Shown here: piece after piece, positions 1 through 11,462 of the stretch
Layout of the letters: each line of letters opens with the position of its first letter
Numbering within the stretch: position 1 is the first letter of the stretch
NCBI RefSeq assembly: GCF_003838195.1
Contig: NZ_RCBY01000026.1
Span: 1 to 53,507, forward strand
Reading direction: 5' to 3'
DNA length: 53,507 bases
Source of the DNA: Okeania hirsuta
Lineage (GTDB): Bacteria > Cyanobacteriota > Cyanobacteriia > Cyanobacteriales > Microcoleaceae
Position numbers and translations under genes: made by a program
Notes under the pieces: model-generated
The model's input: only the letters and a program-made list of their open reading frames with translations
Database searches by the model: none
Told to the model about the DNA's origin: nothing

Positions 1-56
1 AGAAGGCAGAAGGCAGAAGGCAGAAGGCAGAAGGCAGAAGGCAGAAGGCAGAAGGG
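1..56. repeat. Tandem heptanucleotide repeat (AGAAGGC)x7 plus one degenerate unit (STRR-type)
   Basis: Direct reading: agaaggc repeated head to tail from base 1. Confidence 0.9.
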
Positions 57-209
57 AAAATTGTTTGGGATTCTAACCCCAAACAATTTTAAGCACCCCC
101 GTTGACGGTGGGGTATTAAACCCATAAGGGAAAAGATAAATTTCAAATCAGATGAGGAGAACTTTTATTAGAAAAATTTGCTGCTCCTCCGGAAGATGTC
201 TTAGGAGAA

Positions 210-473
210 TTGTCTTATTTTGAAATGGGAATTAGGCGTTTTTGTTACTGGTGCGATCGCCCCATCTTGATCGAAATAGGCAAAGAACAAATCAAAGTAT
301 TTTTAGACCCCGATATCTCTATGCTCCTGGAAGAAGATTTACCTACAAAAATCCACCAGTTATCGCGAGGGGAAACAATACGGTTAGAATTTGTTGATAG
401 TTTTTGCCTCACAATAGAATTAGTACCTCTTGGCAACAAGGTTAACTGCAACTTACGATATTTTGGCTATTGA
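210..473 (+). CDS. hypothetical small protein (weak call)
   Basis: 87-aa ORF with no recognisable motifs. A TCCGGA motif lies at 192-197 just upstream. Confidence 0.2.
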   Translation: MSYFEMGIRRFCYWCDRPILIEIGKEQIKVFLDPDISMLLEEDLPTKIHQLSRGETIRLEFVDSFCLTIELVPLGNKVNCNLRYFGY

Positions 474-906
474 GATAGCAATAAAAACTTTTCTCTAGAT
501 AGCAGTTACAAACAATATTTCCTTGAGAGTAGGGAGTAGGAAGTAGGGAGTAGGGTGAAAAGAGGTAAGATATCTTGGTTTAATGCCGATAATCGTTATA
601 AACATTACTAAACGATTATTATTACTTAATAACTGAAGTTCATCGGAAGTATAGCATTAATGCATGGTAATTGATATGAGACCTATTAAAAGAACAAGGT
701 AAAGGAGAAGATGTAGAAAAAATCGAGAAAGCAATACAAAGAACTCAAGCAGAATCTTAAGAGAAATATAGGTAAAAAAATATAGCGGTTTGTGATTAAT
801 TTATATGCAAACCACTATTTTTTTGTTAGTTTTTCAGGCAAAGCATTGCTAATGCTACAGTTGTTATTGCCTTGATTAGGAAAACAGTGTCACCTTATCC
901 ATTAGA

Positions 907-1671
907 CTATACAGCGAAAGTATCTACAAATACTGAACCTGTCGTGTTACCATTAATAGTTGAGAGTGATAAAGTAGTGTCGTCACTTTGCGGGAATGTG
1001 AACCCATCTAATAGATCGTTATACAATGTGTGAGCGTAGCTGTGATTACCTACAAAACTAAAGGAACCTGGTTGGAATAGATCGTCCCAGTTAATATATA
1101 CATCTAAGTCAGCTAATGGGTCATCGTATCCCAATGTACTGCTTGTATGGAAAGCAACAACTCTATCCGCATCACTTGGATCTAAGCGATCGTCTGTGGG
1201 GTTAGCACTAGAGAACCAACCTCCTTCAAACTCAGGACCTGCTGGATCGAGACCAATAAGTTGATCGACTTCGCCACTTCGTTCGCGAAATTCTTCTCCT
1301 GCTTCACCCATCACATGAGCACCTAAACTGTGACCGATAAGAGTAGTATCGGTAGGATTAACACCTTGACTCAACAAATAGTCTGCTACCTCAACTCCCA
1401 CATCATCAACTCTATCAGCAGCAGCAAAATAATTGAGAGTATTAGCGCCTTCTTGCCAATCTACTAACAAAATGTTAGCATCATTGCCTTCCAAATCTCG
1501 TATATTTTGTGCCATTTCTGACATCCAACTTTGAGGGGTGAAATTATTACCTGGATTTCCACCCGTACTTTGGAAACCATGTACGATTACATAAGTAGGA
1601 TCGCTTGTGTCTATAGAGCGTGAATTATTTAATCCCCCATTATCCCAAGTATTAAAGAAAACATCTACCAT
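907..1671 (-). CDS. lipase-family alpha/beta hydrolase (pancreatic-lipase-like fold)
   Basis: Nucleophile elbow LIGHSLGAHVMGEAG and VIVHGF oxyanion-region motif typical of the PF00151-type lipase domain. No N-terminal signal peptide; only 254 aa. Confidence 0.6.
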   Translation of the reverse strand: MVDVFFNTWDNGGLNNSRSIDTSDPTYVIVHGFQSTGGNPGNNFTPQSWMSEMAQNIRDLEGNDANILLVDWQEGANTLNYFAAADRVDDVGVEVADYLLSQGVNPTDTTLIGHSLGAHVMGEAGEEFRERSGEVDQLIGLDPAGPEFEGGWFSSANPTDDRLDPSDADRVVAFHTSSTLGYDDPLADLDVYINWDDLFQPGSFSFVGNHSYAHTLYNDLLDGFTFPQSDDTTLSLSTINGNTTGSVFVDTFAV

Positions 1672-1727
1672 ATTTTTAGTTTGTTCTCATGTATAAGTGT
1701 TTACTGAAAATATTATGCTTTGTGTTG

Positions 1728-1744
1728 AGTTCCATTTTGGAACT
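1728..1744. promoter_or_regulatory. Perfect palindrome AGTTCCA-TTT-TGGAACT about 60 bp upstream of the lipase start
   Basis: Seen directly. Possible operator; no factor assigned. Confidence 0.2.
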
Positions 1745-2061
1745 GCTACAATAGTCCTACAAACTTTTGCTGTGTAAGCACTAGCTATTGCTAGGCAAAA
1801 AAGCTAGGAATTATGGCTATGTCCAGTTTTGATGGATTTTTTCCATCTATATTATTTACAAGTTTTTTATAGCATTTTCAGGACGGGGGGCAAATATGCG
1901 TTGAAAAGGCTATATGTAGGGATTAATGTCCTTCGCTATCACTATATTTAGTTTCCGTGCGTAAGTTGTGAAAATATAAGTAGAACTCTCAAAAAAAATC
2001 AAGCAAAGATTTAGAAGCTGAATTCCGTGCTTGATAAGTTAGCTATGAGAAATTTTTCTTG

Positions 2062-2241
2062 TTATTTTTTCTGCTGCTTTTTTCGGGATAAGGCTGCGAT
2101 CGCAACGGTGCCTGCTATTCCTAAGAGTGATGATGGTTCTGGTGTTGATTTAGGGTCAGGTGTTGATTGAGTATTAGTGGTAAACAGGTAAGCTGAACCA
2201 CTGTCTTCTCCGTTGTCTTTGTTATCAAATTCCTCCCTATC
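2062..2241 (-). pseudogene. PEP-CTERM sorting-signal fragment (C-terminal remnant, no start codon in frame)
   Basis: Minus-strand frame ends ...KSTPEPSSLLGIAGTVAIAALSRKKQQKK*. That is a PEP motif, a TM helix and a basic tail. The frame opens directly after a TAG with no ATG/GTG/TTG. A C8/G8 homopolymer lies at 2251-2258 just upstream. Confidence 0.45.
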
Positions 2242-2426
2242 CTATATGCTCCCCCCCCAGGTGTCAACTACATTTTGCCTACTTCATCAAATCTTCATAA
2301 TACTTATGTTCGATAAACTAAATAGGAGGCCCACCACAATCCCTGAGATTGCTTCCCTCCTCTCCGTTCCAGTCGCAATAACTTACAATAACTAATAGTC
2401 CGAAGTAGTTGCGCAAACTAAATTTA

Positions 2427-5039
2427 TCACAAACTCATCGGATCGACATCCACAGTTAAACTTACCGCTGGCGGGCAAAAATTAATCAACTTAGTCAAAT
2501 CGGGTACATCCTCACATCCCGATAATAATTTTAACAAAATCTGCCACCGATAACGATTAGCGACTCTAGCAATAGGAGCAGGTGCAGGCCCCAATAAATC
2601 GTATTTTCCTGCTTCCGCTTTTTCCATTAACACACTTGCTAACTTTTGAGCAGTTACCGCTACTTCAGTCGGGTCATAACTACTCAAACGCAACAAAATT
2701 AACCGCCCATAAGGAGGATATAGTAACTCTGCTCTCGTCTGTAATTCAGTCTCCACAAAAGACTCATAATCATTACGTTGCACTGCTTGAATCACAGGAT
2801 GTTCGGGAGTATAAGTCTGAATAATTACCTGCCCCGGATTATCTCCACGACCAGCACGTCCCGCTACTTGCAACAATGTTTGAAAAGCACGTTCATTGGC
2901 ACGATAATCTGAAAAATGTAGTAACCCATCGGCAGAAACAACTCCTACTAATGTTACTTGGGCTAAATCTAAACCTTTGGTCAACATTTGAGTACCAATT
3001 AATAAATCTGCTTCTCCATTAGCAAACTGAGTTAACAATATTCGATGTGCATCTTTGGTGCGAGTAGTGTCGCTATCATATCTAATACATCGTAAATCGG
3101 GAAATTGTCTAGTTAACTCTTGAGTTACCTTTTGAGTACCACTGCCAAAAAATTTAAAAAAAGGAGAATCACATTCAGGGCAACGTTGGGGTTGTAGTTG
3201 AGTGTAATTGCAGTAATGACAACGTAACAGTTGAGTCCCCCCTTCGTGAGTATAATGATAGGAAAGTGAAACGTCGCAATGGGGACATTCCATTACATAA
3301 CCGCAACTACGACAAGATACAAATGTGCTGTGACCGCGACGGTGGATGAATAAAATGCCTTGTTGTTTTGTTTCCTGTAACTGTTGCAGTGCTTCTTGTA
3401 GAGGATAGCTGAACATTGTCCGGTTTCCCTGTCGCAGTTGTTGGCGCATATCCACTATTTCTATAGGTGGCATTGGTCGTGAGTGGACGCGCTCTGGTAA
3501 TGACAGGTAGTAGGTTTTAGGTGTTAGGTTTTGGGTGTTAGGTTTTGGGGAAACATTTTCATCTACATTTTCTCCTAGATTAAGATCTCCTTGACTCAAG
3601 TTTTCTGGGTGGTATTCTCTTGTTTCTAACCAACTTTCTAAAGAGGGTGTTGCGGAACCTAATATTAATGGGCAGTTTTCGAGTTCAGCTCGCCATTTTG
3701 CTACGGTGCGAGCATGATAACAAGGAGTGGGGCGGTCTTGTTTGAAACTATTATCGTGTTCTTCGTCTAATACAATTAAACCTAATTTTGGTAATGGAGC
3801 AAAGATGGCGGAGCGAGTGCCAATAATAACTTGAGGAATACCCCATGTCATATTACGCCAGGTATCGTAACGTTCCCCCGGAGACAGAGCGCTATGGTAA
3901 ACGTAGACTTTGTTTCCGAAACGAGCGCGAAATCTATCGGTCAGTTGGGGTGTTAGACCAATTTCAGGAACAAGTACAAGAGCAGATTTGCCATTTTCCA
4001 GGATGGGAGCGATCGCCTGTAAGTATACTTCTGTTTTTCCAGACCCCGTAACTCCATGCAACAGCACTTGAGCAAATTCTTGTATTTGGGTAATAGTTGT
4101 TAATGCTTCTGCTTGATATGGGGTCAGTATTTTGATTTCATCTCTGATATTGCCTCTACCCTCTTCTCGTCGCAACACCTCCTGTGCTTCTATGATGACA
4201 TAGCCTTTTTCTTCTAGTTTTCTGACCACAGAAGAATTAGTTTTGCAACTGTTAAGCAATTCAGTTAACCATGTTTCCCCACCGTTTCGCCGTAGTACTT
4301 CCATTACTTCTTGTTGACGTGGGGTTAAATCTCTCGGTAAGTTTTGAACAACTAAAGTTACAGCTTGTCTCAATTTTGGTTTTGGAGGAGAAGGAGGTTC
4401 GAGATAACTTTCTACCCAACCTCGTTGGAGTAAATCTTTTAATCCTCTGTTAGCACTTTTGACTTGACGTTGGATATATTGCCAGGTGTAATCTTTGGTT
4501 TTAGAATTTTGCAGAACTTCCAGAATTTTTTTAGCGGTAGCATTGAGAAAAATTTCTGCACCTGTTGGTATTGCTTCTTCTATAATGCGGATGCGTCGTT
4601 GACTACGTTTGAGTAACCCTGGTGGTAGAGCGGTGCGAATAACTCTAATAATAGGTGTTTGATAATAACTAGCAACTTTTTCTATAAGTTGCCAATAAGT
4701 GGGAGGGAAAAAACCTCTAGTAATAATGTCCGATACATTTTTGATGCGATCGCTCGTTAACCCTTCTGGTAGTTGGGAGGTTTTGCGAATGGCGATCGCC
4801 CCTACCTGTTGACTGCCAAAGGGTACTGTTAAAATGTCTCCTGGTTGAATGTCCAGATCGGGAGGTATTTTGTAGGTAAATAACTTTTCCTCATCTTCAG
4901 CATCATCTGTTGAAGTTTTGAAAGGAACATCAACTAAAACTTCCACCCACTCTTGCGACTCTTGAGGATGGTTGTTCATGTAAGACGATCCAGGTTCAGC
5001 CAATATTGGTTTTGAGAGTGCTTGAGTAGTTTGGGACAT
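2427..5039 (-). CDS. priA: primosomal protein N' (replication restart helicase PriA)
   Basis: 870 aa with Walker A (GVTGSGKTEVY), a DEAH-like box and a Cys4 zinc-binding cluster (CxxC...CxxC). Long N-terminal extension. Confidence 0.9.
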   Translation of the reverse strand: MSQTTQALSKPILAEPGSSYMNNHPQESQEWVEVLVDVPFKTSTDDAEDEEKLFTYKIPPDLDIQPGDILTVPFGSQQVGAIAIRKTSQLPEGLTSDRIKNVSDIITRGFFPPTYWQLIEKVASYYQTPIIRVIRTALPPGLLKRSQRRIRIIEEAIPTGAEIFLNATAKKILEVLQNSKTKDYTWQYIQRQVKSANRGLKDLLQRGWVESYLEPPSPPKPKLRQAVTLVVQNLPRDLTPRQQEVMEVLRRNGGETWLTELLNSCKTNSSVVRKLEEKGYVIIEAQEVLRREEGRGNIRDEIKILTPYQAEALTTITQIQEFAQVLLHGVTGSGKTEVYLQAIAPILENGKSALVLVPEIGLTPQLTDRFRARFGNKVYVYHSALSPGERYDTWRNMTWGIPQVIIGTRSAIFAPLPKLGLIVLDEEHDNSFKQDRPTPCYHARTVAKWRAELENCPLILGSATPSLESWLETREYHPENLSQGDLNLGENVDENVSPKPNTQNLTPKTYYLSLPERVHSRPMPPIEIVDMRQQLRQGNRTMFSYPLQEALQQLQETKQQGILFIHRRGHSTFVSCRSCGYVMECPHCDVSLSYHYTHEGGTQLLRCHYCNYTQLQPQRCPECDSPFFKFFGSGTQKVTQELTRQFPDLRCIRYDSDTTRTKDAHRILLTQFANGEADLLIGTQMLTKGLDLAQVTLVGVVSADGLLHFSDYRANERAFQTLLQVAGRAGRGDNPGQVIIQTYTPEHPVIQAVQRNDYESFVETELQTRAELLYPPYGRLILLRLSSYDPTEVAVTAQKLASVLMEKAEAGKYDLLGPAPAPIARVANRYRWQILLKLLSGCEDVPDLTKLINFCPPAVSLTVDVDPMSL

Positions 5040-5217
5040 TTTGCCAAATTAACTAGAGGACAAGTAGGGTGTTTTGCTAATGTATCTCCCTAAATTTGTT
5101 TGCACTAGCTTACTATATCTGGCAAGATTTTGCTAGCAACGTCATGGATGTTTTAGGGAAGTTCCATGGTATGAAACATTTATATAGTATTCGGATAATT
5201 AGTTATCGTATAACTCA

Positions 5218-5258
5218 GGAGTCAGGAGAAAGGAAGCAGAAAGGAAGCAGAAAGGAGG
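5218..5258. repeat. Short tandem repeat (GAAAGGAAGCA-like units)
   Basis: Direct reading. Confidence 0.7.
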
Positions 5259-5364
5259 GAAAAATCTGGGGATATTCCGGCATTTTATGTGTGCATTGAA
5301 TGGAAGTAGAGAGTGCGATAACTATATAACCGGATTTTATATTACAGCAGTTTTCGAGTTGATC

Positions 5365-5389
5365 AGGTACAAGGTACAAGGTACAAAGT
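5365..5389. repeat. Heptamer tandem repeat (CAAGGTA)x3
   Basis: Direct reading. Confidence 0.8.
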
Positions 5390-5600
5390 TTTATGCTTTT
5401 AGGGAATAGAGAACAGGGAACAGCGGTGCCACCCCGCGTCAGCGACAGACGCAAGCGGTCGGAATCCGTCTTTTGCTCCCGCAAAGCTCCGCTTTATATG
5501 TTGCAGAGCAAAAGGTAAACTACAGACAAAATATAAGTATCTTTGAAGTTTAATAATTACAGACTTAATAACTGTATTCTATGTTAATGAAAACTGCTAT

Positions 5601-5750
5601 AAAATGACGGTTATTTAAGTTTTTATGGATAGATATAGAATCAGAAATACTGGGCGATCGCTCTGTTAAAATTATAGCGTTAGCGGAGCTTTGCGTCAGC
5701 AATCGCTCTATTTGCAATGCGCCATATATAGTGTCTTTCCCTAAGTCCTG
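5601..5750 (+). mobile_element. Partial MITE-related repeat (copy A). Its right ~100 bp matches the MITE family ending ATATATAGTGTCTTTGCGTAAGTCCTG
   Basis: Near-identical to copy B. Shares the TAGCGTTAGCGGAGCTTTGCGTCAGCAATCGC core and the right TIR with the full MITEs at 22989 and 25174. Lacks the left TIR. Confidence 0.7.
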
Positions 5751-5942
5751 ACTATTTATCAACTCAAACATCAATTATTATCCAAATATCTAGTATCAGA
5801 GCTCAAATATCCTAGGCGTTGGTGATGCGTGGTTATGATTGTGCTTGAATGGCAATTGTCTAACTATTAACTGAAAAACATTTTATATTTGGCTAAATTT
5901 AGGTTTCATAGCTTGATTCACCAACGCCATATCCTACAATTA

Positions 5943-6090
5943 AAATGACGGTTATTTAAGTTTTTATGGATAGATATAGAATCAAAAATAGTAGGTGATC
6001 GCTGACAAAAATCATAGCGTTAGCGGAGCTTTGCGTCAGCAATCGCTCTATTTACCATGCGCTATATATAGTGTCTTTGCGTAAGTCCTG
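5943..6090 (+). mobile_element. Partial MITE-related repeat (copy B)
   Basis: About 90% identical to copy A, about 340 bp downstream in the same orientation. Confidence 0.7.
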
Positions 6091-6168
6091 ATGTATTTAA
6101 TTTAATTGCTGAATTTAATTGCTGTAAATATGTCGGCGACAGTCGAAACAGACCGTAGAGCATGTCAA

Positions 6169-6570
6169 TTAATGTGGATTTTTTTTCAGAGCAGTAATAA
6201 TCTGACTATTTGCTTGAGGAAATGTAAATTGCTCGATATTATCTAAAGTTACCCACTTAAACTCATCACATTCTATAGTTTTTGGTGTTCCCCGCAAATA
6301 GCGACAATGATAGACATGAAGTGTTACTTTAACTTCAGAATAACTATGTTCTATAGTAATTAAATGTTCTTCTACTGCAATCTCAATTCCTAACTCCTCT
6401 AAGATTTCTCTTTTAATACAATCTTCTATTGTTTCCCCTGCTTCTATTTTGCCACCTGGAAATTCCCATAAACCGCCAAATGCACCCCCAGGTAGTCGTT
6501 TATCAATTAAAATTTGTCCTGCTTCATTCCAGATGACAGCAACACCAATTAACTTATGAGGCAATATCAT
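6169..6570 (-). CDS. NUDIX hydrolase (MutT-like)
   Basis: NUDIX box GGKIEAGETIEDCIKREILEELGI. Confidence 0.8.
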   Translation of the reverse strand: MILPHKLIGVAVIWNEAGQILIDKRLPGGAFGGLWEFPGGKIEAGETIEDCIKREILEELGIEIAVEEHLITIEHSYSEVKVTLHVYHCRYLRGTPKTIECDEFKWVTLDNIEQFTFPQANSQIITALKKNPH

Positions 6571-6642
6571 ATTTTAATCTTTTCTATTTCAAACAAAAAT
6601 CCCCTGGTTAATTAACCAAGAGGACGATCAAAACTTAATTAA

Positions 6643-6984
6643 TTAACCTTCATTATTGCTGATTTGATTTCCTGGCAAAGATTTTTCAAATGTCATTCTC
6701 TGTTCAGCATTTCTGAGAAAATAACCACTGATCATTGCTGAAGCTAATAACTTACCTAAATTTTCTCTACTGGTTGTTACACTTACATTAAATTGTTCTG
6801 AGGGTAGATTGCCTAAAAGTCCAACAATGTTTCTTTCCATCACTTGAAAAACTTCTTGAGAATTTGGCTTTGATAATTGAGAAACTGTGTCTGAACTCAT
6901 AGATTGGACATATTCCCAGAGTAAATTACTTCCTTCTGAACTTTCTTCAAAAAACTCTCGGGTTTGATTTCTTCTATTGGTCAC
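6643..6984 (-). CDS. conserved hypothetical protein (DUF760-like; assignment from memory)
   Basis: 113-aa ORF with coding-like composition. I could not verify the family assignment. Confidence 0.45.
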   Translation of the reverse strand: MTNRRNQTREFFEESSEGSNLLWEYVQSMSSDTVSQLSKPNSQEVFQVMERNIVGLLGNLPSEQFNVSVTTSRENLGKLLASAMISGYFLRNAEQRMTFEKSLPGNQISNNEG

Positions 6985-7683
6985 TTTACTAACTCCGTTT
7001 CAGAAACTTTGTTTATATCGACAAATCAAATGTGGTTGATTGACTTAACCACATAATATATTGGGGTTGTTAATATTCTTACTTCCTATAAACTAATGTA
7101 ACAGCATAATTGTCACATCAAAGTAGATATAACCGAAATTATTACTTCAGGTATTTCCAATGTCCATTATTTAAAAGCTAGCTTAAAATGTGCGTAGAAA
7201 TTATGGCAGCTAGAATATTAACCATTGGTTGGGACAAAATTTGCATATCATTTTAATAGGCTCTATAAGTATATATTATGTAATAATACATTTTGAAGCT
7301 TTAAATGTCAATATAACTCAAGTCCGACAGCATCGGTATGATCGAGTGCAAGCAATAACAAATTCAAAAAAGGTAGTGACATCTTAATTGGTAATTGATT
7401 CCGACAATAAAAAATCATCAATTCCATAAATTATAAAAATTCAACACTTTTTCCTCTTTTTAATCCTGTTTTTCTTTCCCTGTTCCCTGTTCCCTATGTT
7501 GTGACTGTAGCAATATTTTATGAACTATAAGGAAGAAAGAAAAAGTAGAGATTTACCAAGTTTTTATACAAACTATACCAATGGACATGATATGATTGAT
7601 AAATTGATTTAGAATCTGAGAAAGCTAAAGCAGAGAAAAAGTATTTTATTTCCTCTGCTTCTTGTTCTATTTCTTTACAGGGT

Positions 7684-7745
7684 TATTGACATCCTCACTC
7701 GTTAAGTCGCTCGATTATAACGAGGAATTCCCAAACCTCATGATT
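7684..7745 (+). repeat. Hairpin-containing dispersed repeat (copy 1): TTGACATCCTC...CTCGTTAAGTCGCTCGATTATAACGAG...ATTCCCAAAC
   Basis: Second copy at 24963-25020. The stem differs by compensatory changes (CTCGTTA/TAACGAG versus CCCGCTA/TAGCGGG). Confidence 0.6.
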
Positions 7746-8320
7746 TAGGTTTACTGCTTGAGTGGCACTTATCTAGATTGTTTCCAACCCCCGACAGTGC
7801 GCCTACACAGTCAATTTGTTGAACCACTATCTGTAAAGGCGGCAGTAACACCTCAATGACAAATCACTTTTGCAACTGACACATGACGCATTATTTCGTG
7901 ATTATAACATAATTCGGTAGTGGTGTACAAGTAGCAATCTTCTTAAAAAAATTAAGTGGGCAAGCAAATACTATTCCGATAAAACGATTGAATTAGATAT
8001 ATTTTCTCTTGCCTTTTGCCAGATGAGTGGTGTTAAGTTAGACTCTTGCAAATCAAGGTCAGTATCTGTTTTTATTTTGGTCACGATTCACCTTCCGGTA
8101 AATCTAAGATTATACCGAGAGTCCTCTCGCTCCATTTTAGATAGGTTTTGATAAACTCCCGACGCTACACTTGAGCAACAACGCGGGATTAACCCGCAGA
8201 AGAGTTGCAGCTTGTATAGAGGTAATGTCTTCCCCCTATGCCCATTAGTATTCCATATTATGGCTCTCCCATAGGGCTCTGAATCAAATATTATAGGGTG
8301 GGGACTTTCCGCCAGAAAAG

Positions 8321-9340
8321 TTAACTAGCTAAATAATCATTCATATCTTGTTTTCTTTTACGAAGTTTACTTAGAGCTTCTCTTTCTATTTGTCGTACTC
8401 TTTCACGACTAATATTTAGGCGATCGCCAATTTTTGAGAGAGTCATACTTTGTCCATCCTCTAAGCCAAATCTTAATGCCAAAACTTGCTTTTGTTGGGG
8501 AGTCAGGTCAGTCATAATTGATTCTAAATCACTACGCATGGAAGATTGGAGAGCATAATCTTCTGGAGAAGCTCCTGTATCTTCTAGTAGGTCTCCTAAC
8601 TCCGTATCTTGATTGTCCCCTACCCGTAAATCTAGTGATAGAGGTAAGCGAGCGCGTTCCAAACATTCACGAATTTGTTTTGGAGTGAAACCTAGTTCTT
8701 CTGCTATTTCATGGGTAGTGGCAGAGCGTCCTAACTCTTGAGTTAGTTGGCGTTGGGCTTTTTTGATCTTATTCAGCTTTTCTGTAATGTGAATCGGCAA
8801 ACGAATTGTACGACCTTTTTCTGCTATGGCCCTAGTTATGGCCTGGCGAATCCACCAATAAGCATAAGTGGAAAATCTATAGCCCTTGGTAGGGTCAAAT
8901 TTTTCTACCCCTCTCTGCATACCGATAGTGCCTTCCTGTATTAAGTCAAGCAAATCTACATTTCGTTTGATATACTTTTTAGCAACAGATACTACCAATC
9001 GTAGATTGGCCTCCACCATTTTTCGTTTGGCTCTTTCACCTTCGCGAACAATTCGCTGCAATTCATGACTAGATAAGTTTGTGGCCTCAGCCCATTCTGC
9101 TATTGTCGGTTCGCGGCCTAAACTTTCGGTGAGGGTCTTATTTACTTCATGCAAAGCTGTGAAGCGTTGTACTTGTTTTCCATAAAGAATTTCTTCTTCA
9201 TGGGTTAATAGGGGGACACGGCCAATTTCTCTGAGGTAAGTGCGTACAGAATCGGTGTCTGAGATTTTTGTCTTCATAACTCTTCTCCCGCTAGATATCT
9301 CTACTGGTAGGGTTTCGAGCGCCCTGTTTTGAGTTAGCAA
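8321..9340 (-). CDS. RNA polymerase sigma factor, group 2 sigma-70 family
   Basis: Regions 2-4 are all present ([34 protein letters not shown], region 4.2 [19 protein letters not shown]). No region 1.1-size extension. Confidence 0.9.
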   Translation of the reverse strand: MLTQNRALETLPVEISSGRRVMKTKISDTDSVRTYLREIGRVPLLTHEEEILYGKQVQRFTALHEVNKTLTESLGREPTIAEWAEATNLSSHELQRIVREGERAKRKMVEANLRLVVSVAKKYIKRNVDLLDLIQEGTIGMQRGVEKFDPTKGYRFSTYAYWWIRQAITRAIAEKGRTIRLPIHITEKLNKIKKAQRQLTQELGRSATTHEIAEELGFTPKQIRECLERARLPLSLDLRVGDNQDTELGDLLEDTGASPEDYALQSSMRSDLESIMTDLTPQQKQVLALRFGLEDGQSMTLSKIGDRLNISRERVRQIEREALSKLRKRKQDMNDYLAS

Positions 9341-9963
9341 GAAAAGCGGGCGGGTATTGCGCTTTCCTTGGATTTTTTTTAAGAAGTTTGTTCTATGGCC
9401 ATTTGATATAATTAATTTGGCCTACAGAAATTCTAAATTATAAATTTGATATTTCTGAGATTTTAGATCTGGTCAAAAAACCAAATTATCTTTTATCTTT
9501 TGAATCTATTTGTAAGAATTTGTGGACAATAAAAGAAGTTTTACTATTTTTTGAGAATTTAGATTAGATTTTGACTAAGATTCAAGTGCTTTAGTACAGA
9601 ATCCAGATTGGATTGGCCTAAAGTACAGCTTTTTCGTTTCTTATCTATTCAGATAATTATGATGGCCTTTACACTACTCAATACTATGTTAAGAATGTTA
9701 ACATTTATTACGTCTTATGGCTATACCTATAAGGATGATTTTTCAGATGAATGAGTTTAATTACCTAAATTAGTTAAATTATCTATAAGAGGGTACTCAT
9801 AAATTCTTAAAAAAATTGCATCCTGCACAACAAAATCACAAAAATTTTGCAAAAATACTTAAACAAGGTCAAAAAAAGAGTATATGAAGTATATTTACTT
9901 GACTTTTGACTTTCAATTTTAAACTTTTGACTATCTTGAGTATGTCTTTAATTCTGTTTGCAT

Positions 9964-9984
9964 AACATTTCGCAGCGAAATGTT
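9964..9984. promoter_or_regulatory. Perfect palindrome AACATTTCG-CAG-CGAAATGTT about 60 bp upstream of the Anbu-like gene
   Basis: Seen directly. A weaker CCGC-GAA-GCGG palindrome follows at 10014-10024. Confidence 0.25.
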
Positions 9985-10041
9985 TGCTCAGAATTACTTA
10001 GTCATTTTTGGCTTCCGCGAAGCGGTTGAGTTACTTAATAT

Positions 10042-10701
10042 ATGACTTATTGCCTTGGTATTATTACTGAATCTGGTATTTAAATGGCCTCTGACTCTCG
10101 TACTAATGCGGGAGTAGACTATATTTCCACTTACCTGAAGCTATTTGATTTTTCTCTGACTGGAGAGCGGGTTATCCTCATCAGCACTTCTGGAAATTTG
10201 TCAATTACTCAAGGAGTAATCACTGAACTAAAAAAAGACTTCAAGATTTCTGAGGATACTAATCTTCATACTATTCCTACCCTTTACGAAATTGCTCGCT
10301 ATATTGGGAGTAAAATTCGACAGATTCAAGAAAAAGACCGCTCTTGGCTACAAAAGGATCGAATTGACACTGGATGCAGTATATTACTAGGGGGTCAAAT
10401 TAAAGGACAAGATCCTGAATTATTTTTGATTTATTCTCAAGGGAATTGTATTTCTGCTACAAAAGAAACACCTTTTCTACAAATAGGTGAGACTAAGTAT
10501 GGCAAACCAATTTTAGACCGTGCTTTAAGTTTTTATACTTCTTTAGAAGCTGCTGCTAAATGTGCTTTAGTTTCTCTAGATTCTACAATGAAATCTAATC
10601 TTTCTGTGGGACCTCCGATTAATTTGGTGATGTATGAAAAGGATAGTTTTCAAATTCGGCATCGCCTGCAAATGCGTCTGGGCGATCCTTCATTTAGCTA
10701 A
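10042..10701 (+). pseudogene. Anbu / proteasome-type (COG3484) Ntn-hydrolase homolog with an in-frame TAA at 10081-10083
   Basis: ATG at 10042 encodes MTYCLGIITESGI, then TAA, then MASDSRTNAGVDYISTY... in the same frame. The ORF-track start at 10084 would lack the N-terminal Thr1 of this family. Confidence 0.6.
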
Positions 10702-10807
10702 AGTGCGAAAGTTATGGGAGGAGTCTATCAAACAAGTTCTTGATGAAATTCCAGATTTAAACTGATTACATGATTCTCAAGAATCTCAGGAAGATATTTT
10801 GATTGAT

Positions 10808-10875
10808 TGAACAACACAAGGGAGTGGAGGAGTGGGGGAGTACGGGAGTCAGGGAGTGGGGGAGTGGGGGAGAAA
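10808..10875. repeat. STRR heptamer array (GGGAGTG / GGGAGTA units)
   Basis: Direct reading. Confidence 0.8.
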
Positions 10876-11462
10876 TAAACATCAGAATTACCACTTACAC
10901 AGTACAACGTATTTCCGGAATGCTCCGCAAACGAGAACATCTCAAAAAAAATCTGCTGAAAGCTGTTTGCGCAGCATTCCGCAGGAAAAGCTGAACGCTG
11001 AGGTGCTTCTTTAATAATTTAAATGCTACCTAAGTTAAGCATTAATTCATGGTAATTGGTATAAATTAATCGAATTAAGCGATCGCGCAAGTAGAACAGA
11101 ATTCTATCCCTCTAATATAGTTTCACCCCCATCGCGGAGTGTCTTTTTGGACGATAAATCTTGATCGTTGGTAAAAAAATTTAGATGCGTTGTAATACTA
11201 CAAGAACTTGGTTAGGACATTTTTCAATCCTAAAATCCTTTTACAGTTTGTGATTCCCTATTCCCTGATCCCTACTCCCTAGCGCGTAGGGCTATAATTT
11301 TTCAGTTTTCCCCATTTGTGGTTGTCAATAGTATAGTTAGAAAGAATTGGTTAGGACATAGACTAATGACGAATCTTAGACTAGAAAATTTTTTTCCAAC
11401 TGTCCCCTGTTCCCTGTTCCCTGCTATACAATGTAACGGTTGTTTTAATTTTATTATAGAGT

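Noticed and set aside
2582-5039. Small ORFs 2582-2824, 3845-4051 and 4271-4453 on the plus strand
   Set aside because: They are embedded antisense in the well-supported priA CDS.
8131-8197. Conserved ~42-nt motif (CTC.CGACG..ACTT.AGC.ACAACG.GGGATT..AACC) at 8156-8197 and 45917-45958 considered as a tRNA or known ncRNA
   Set aside because: It cannot be folded into a cloverleaf. I saw no GTTCRANYC T-loop anywhere in the window. It is left as an unexplained two-copy motif, not an RNA gene call.
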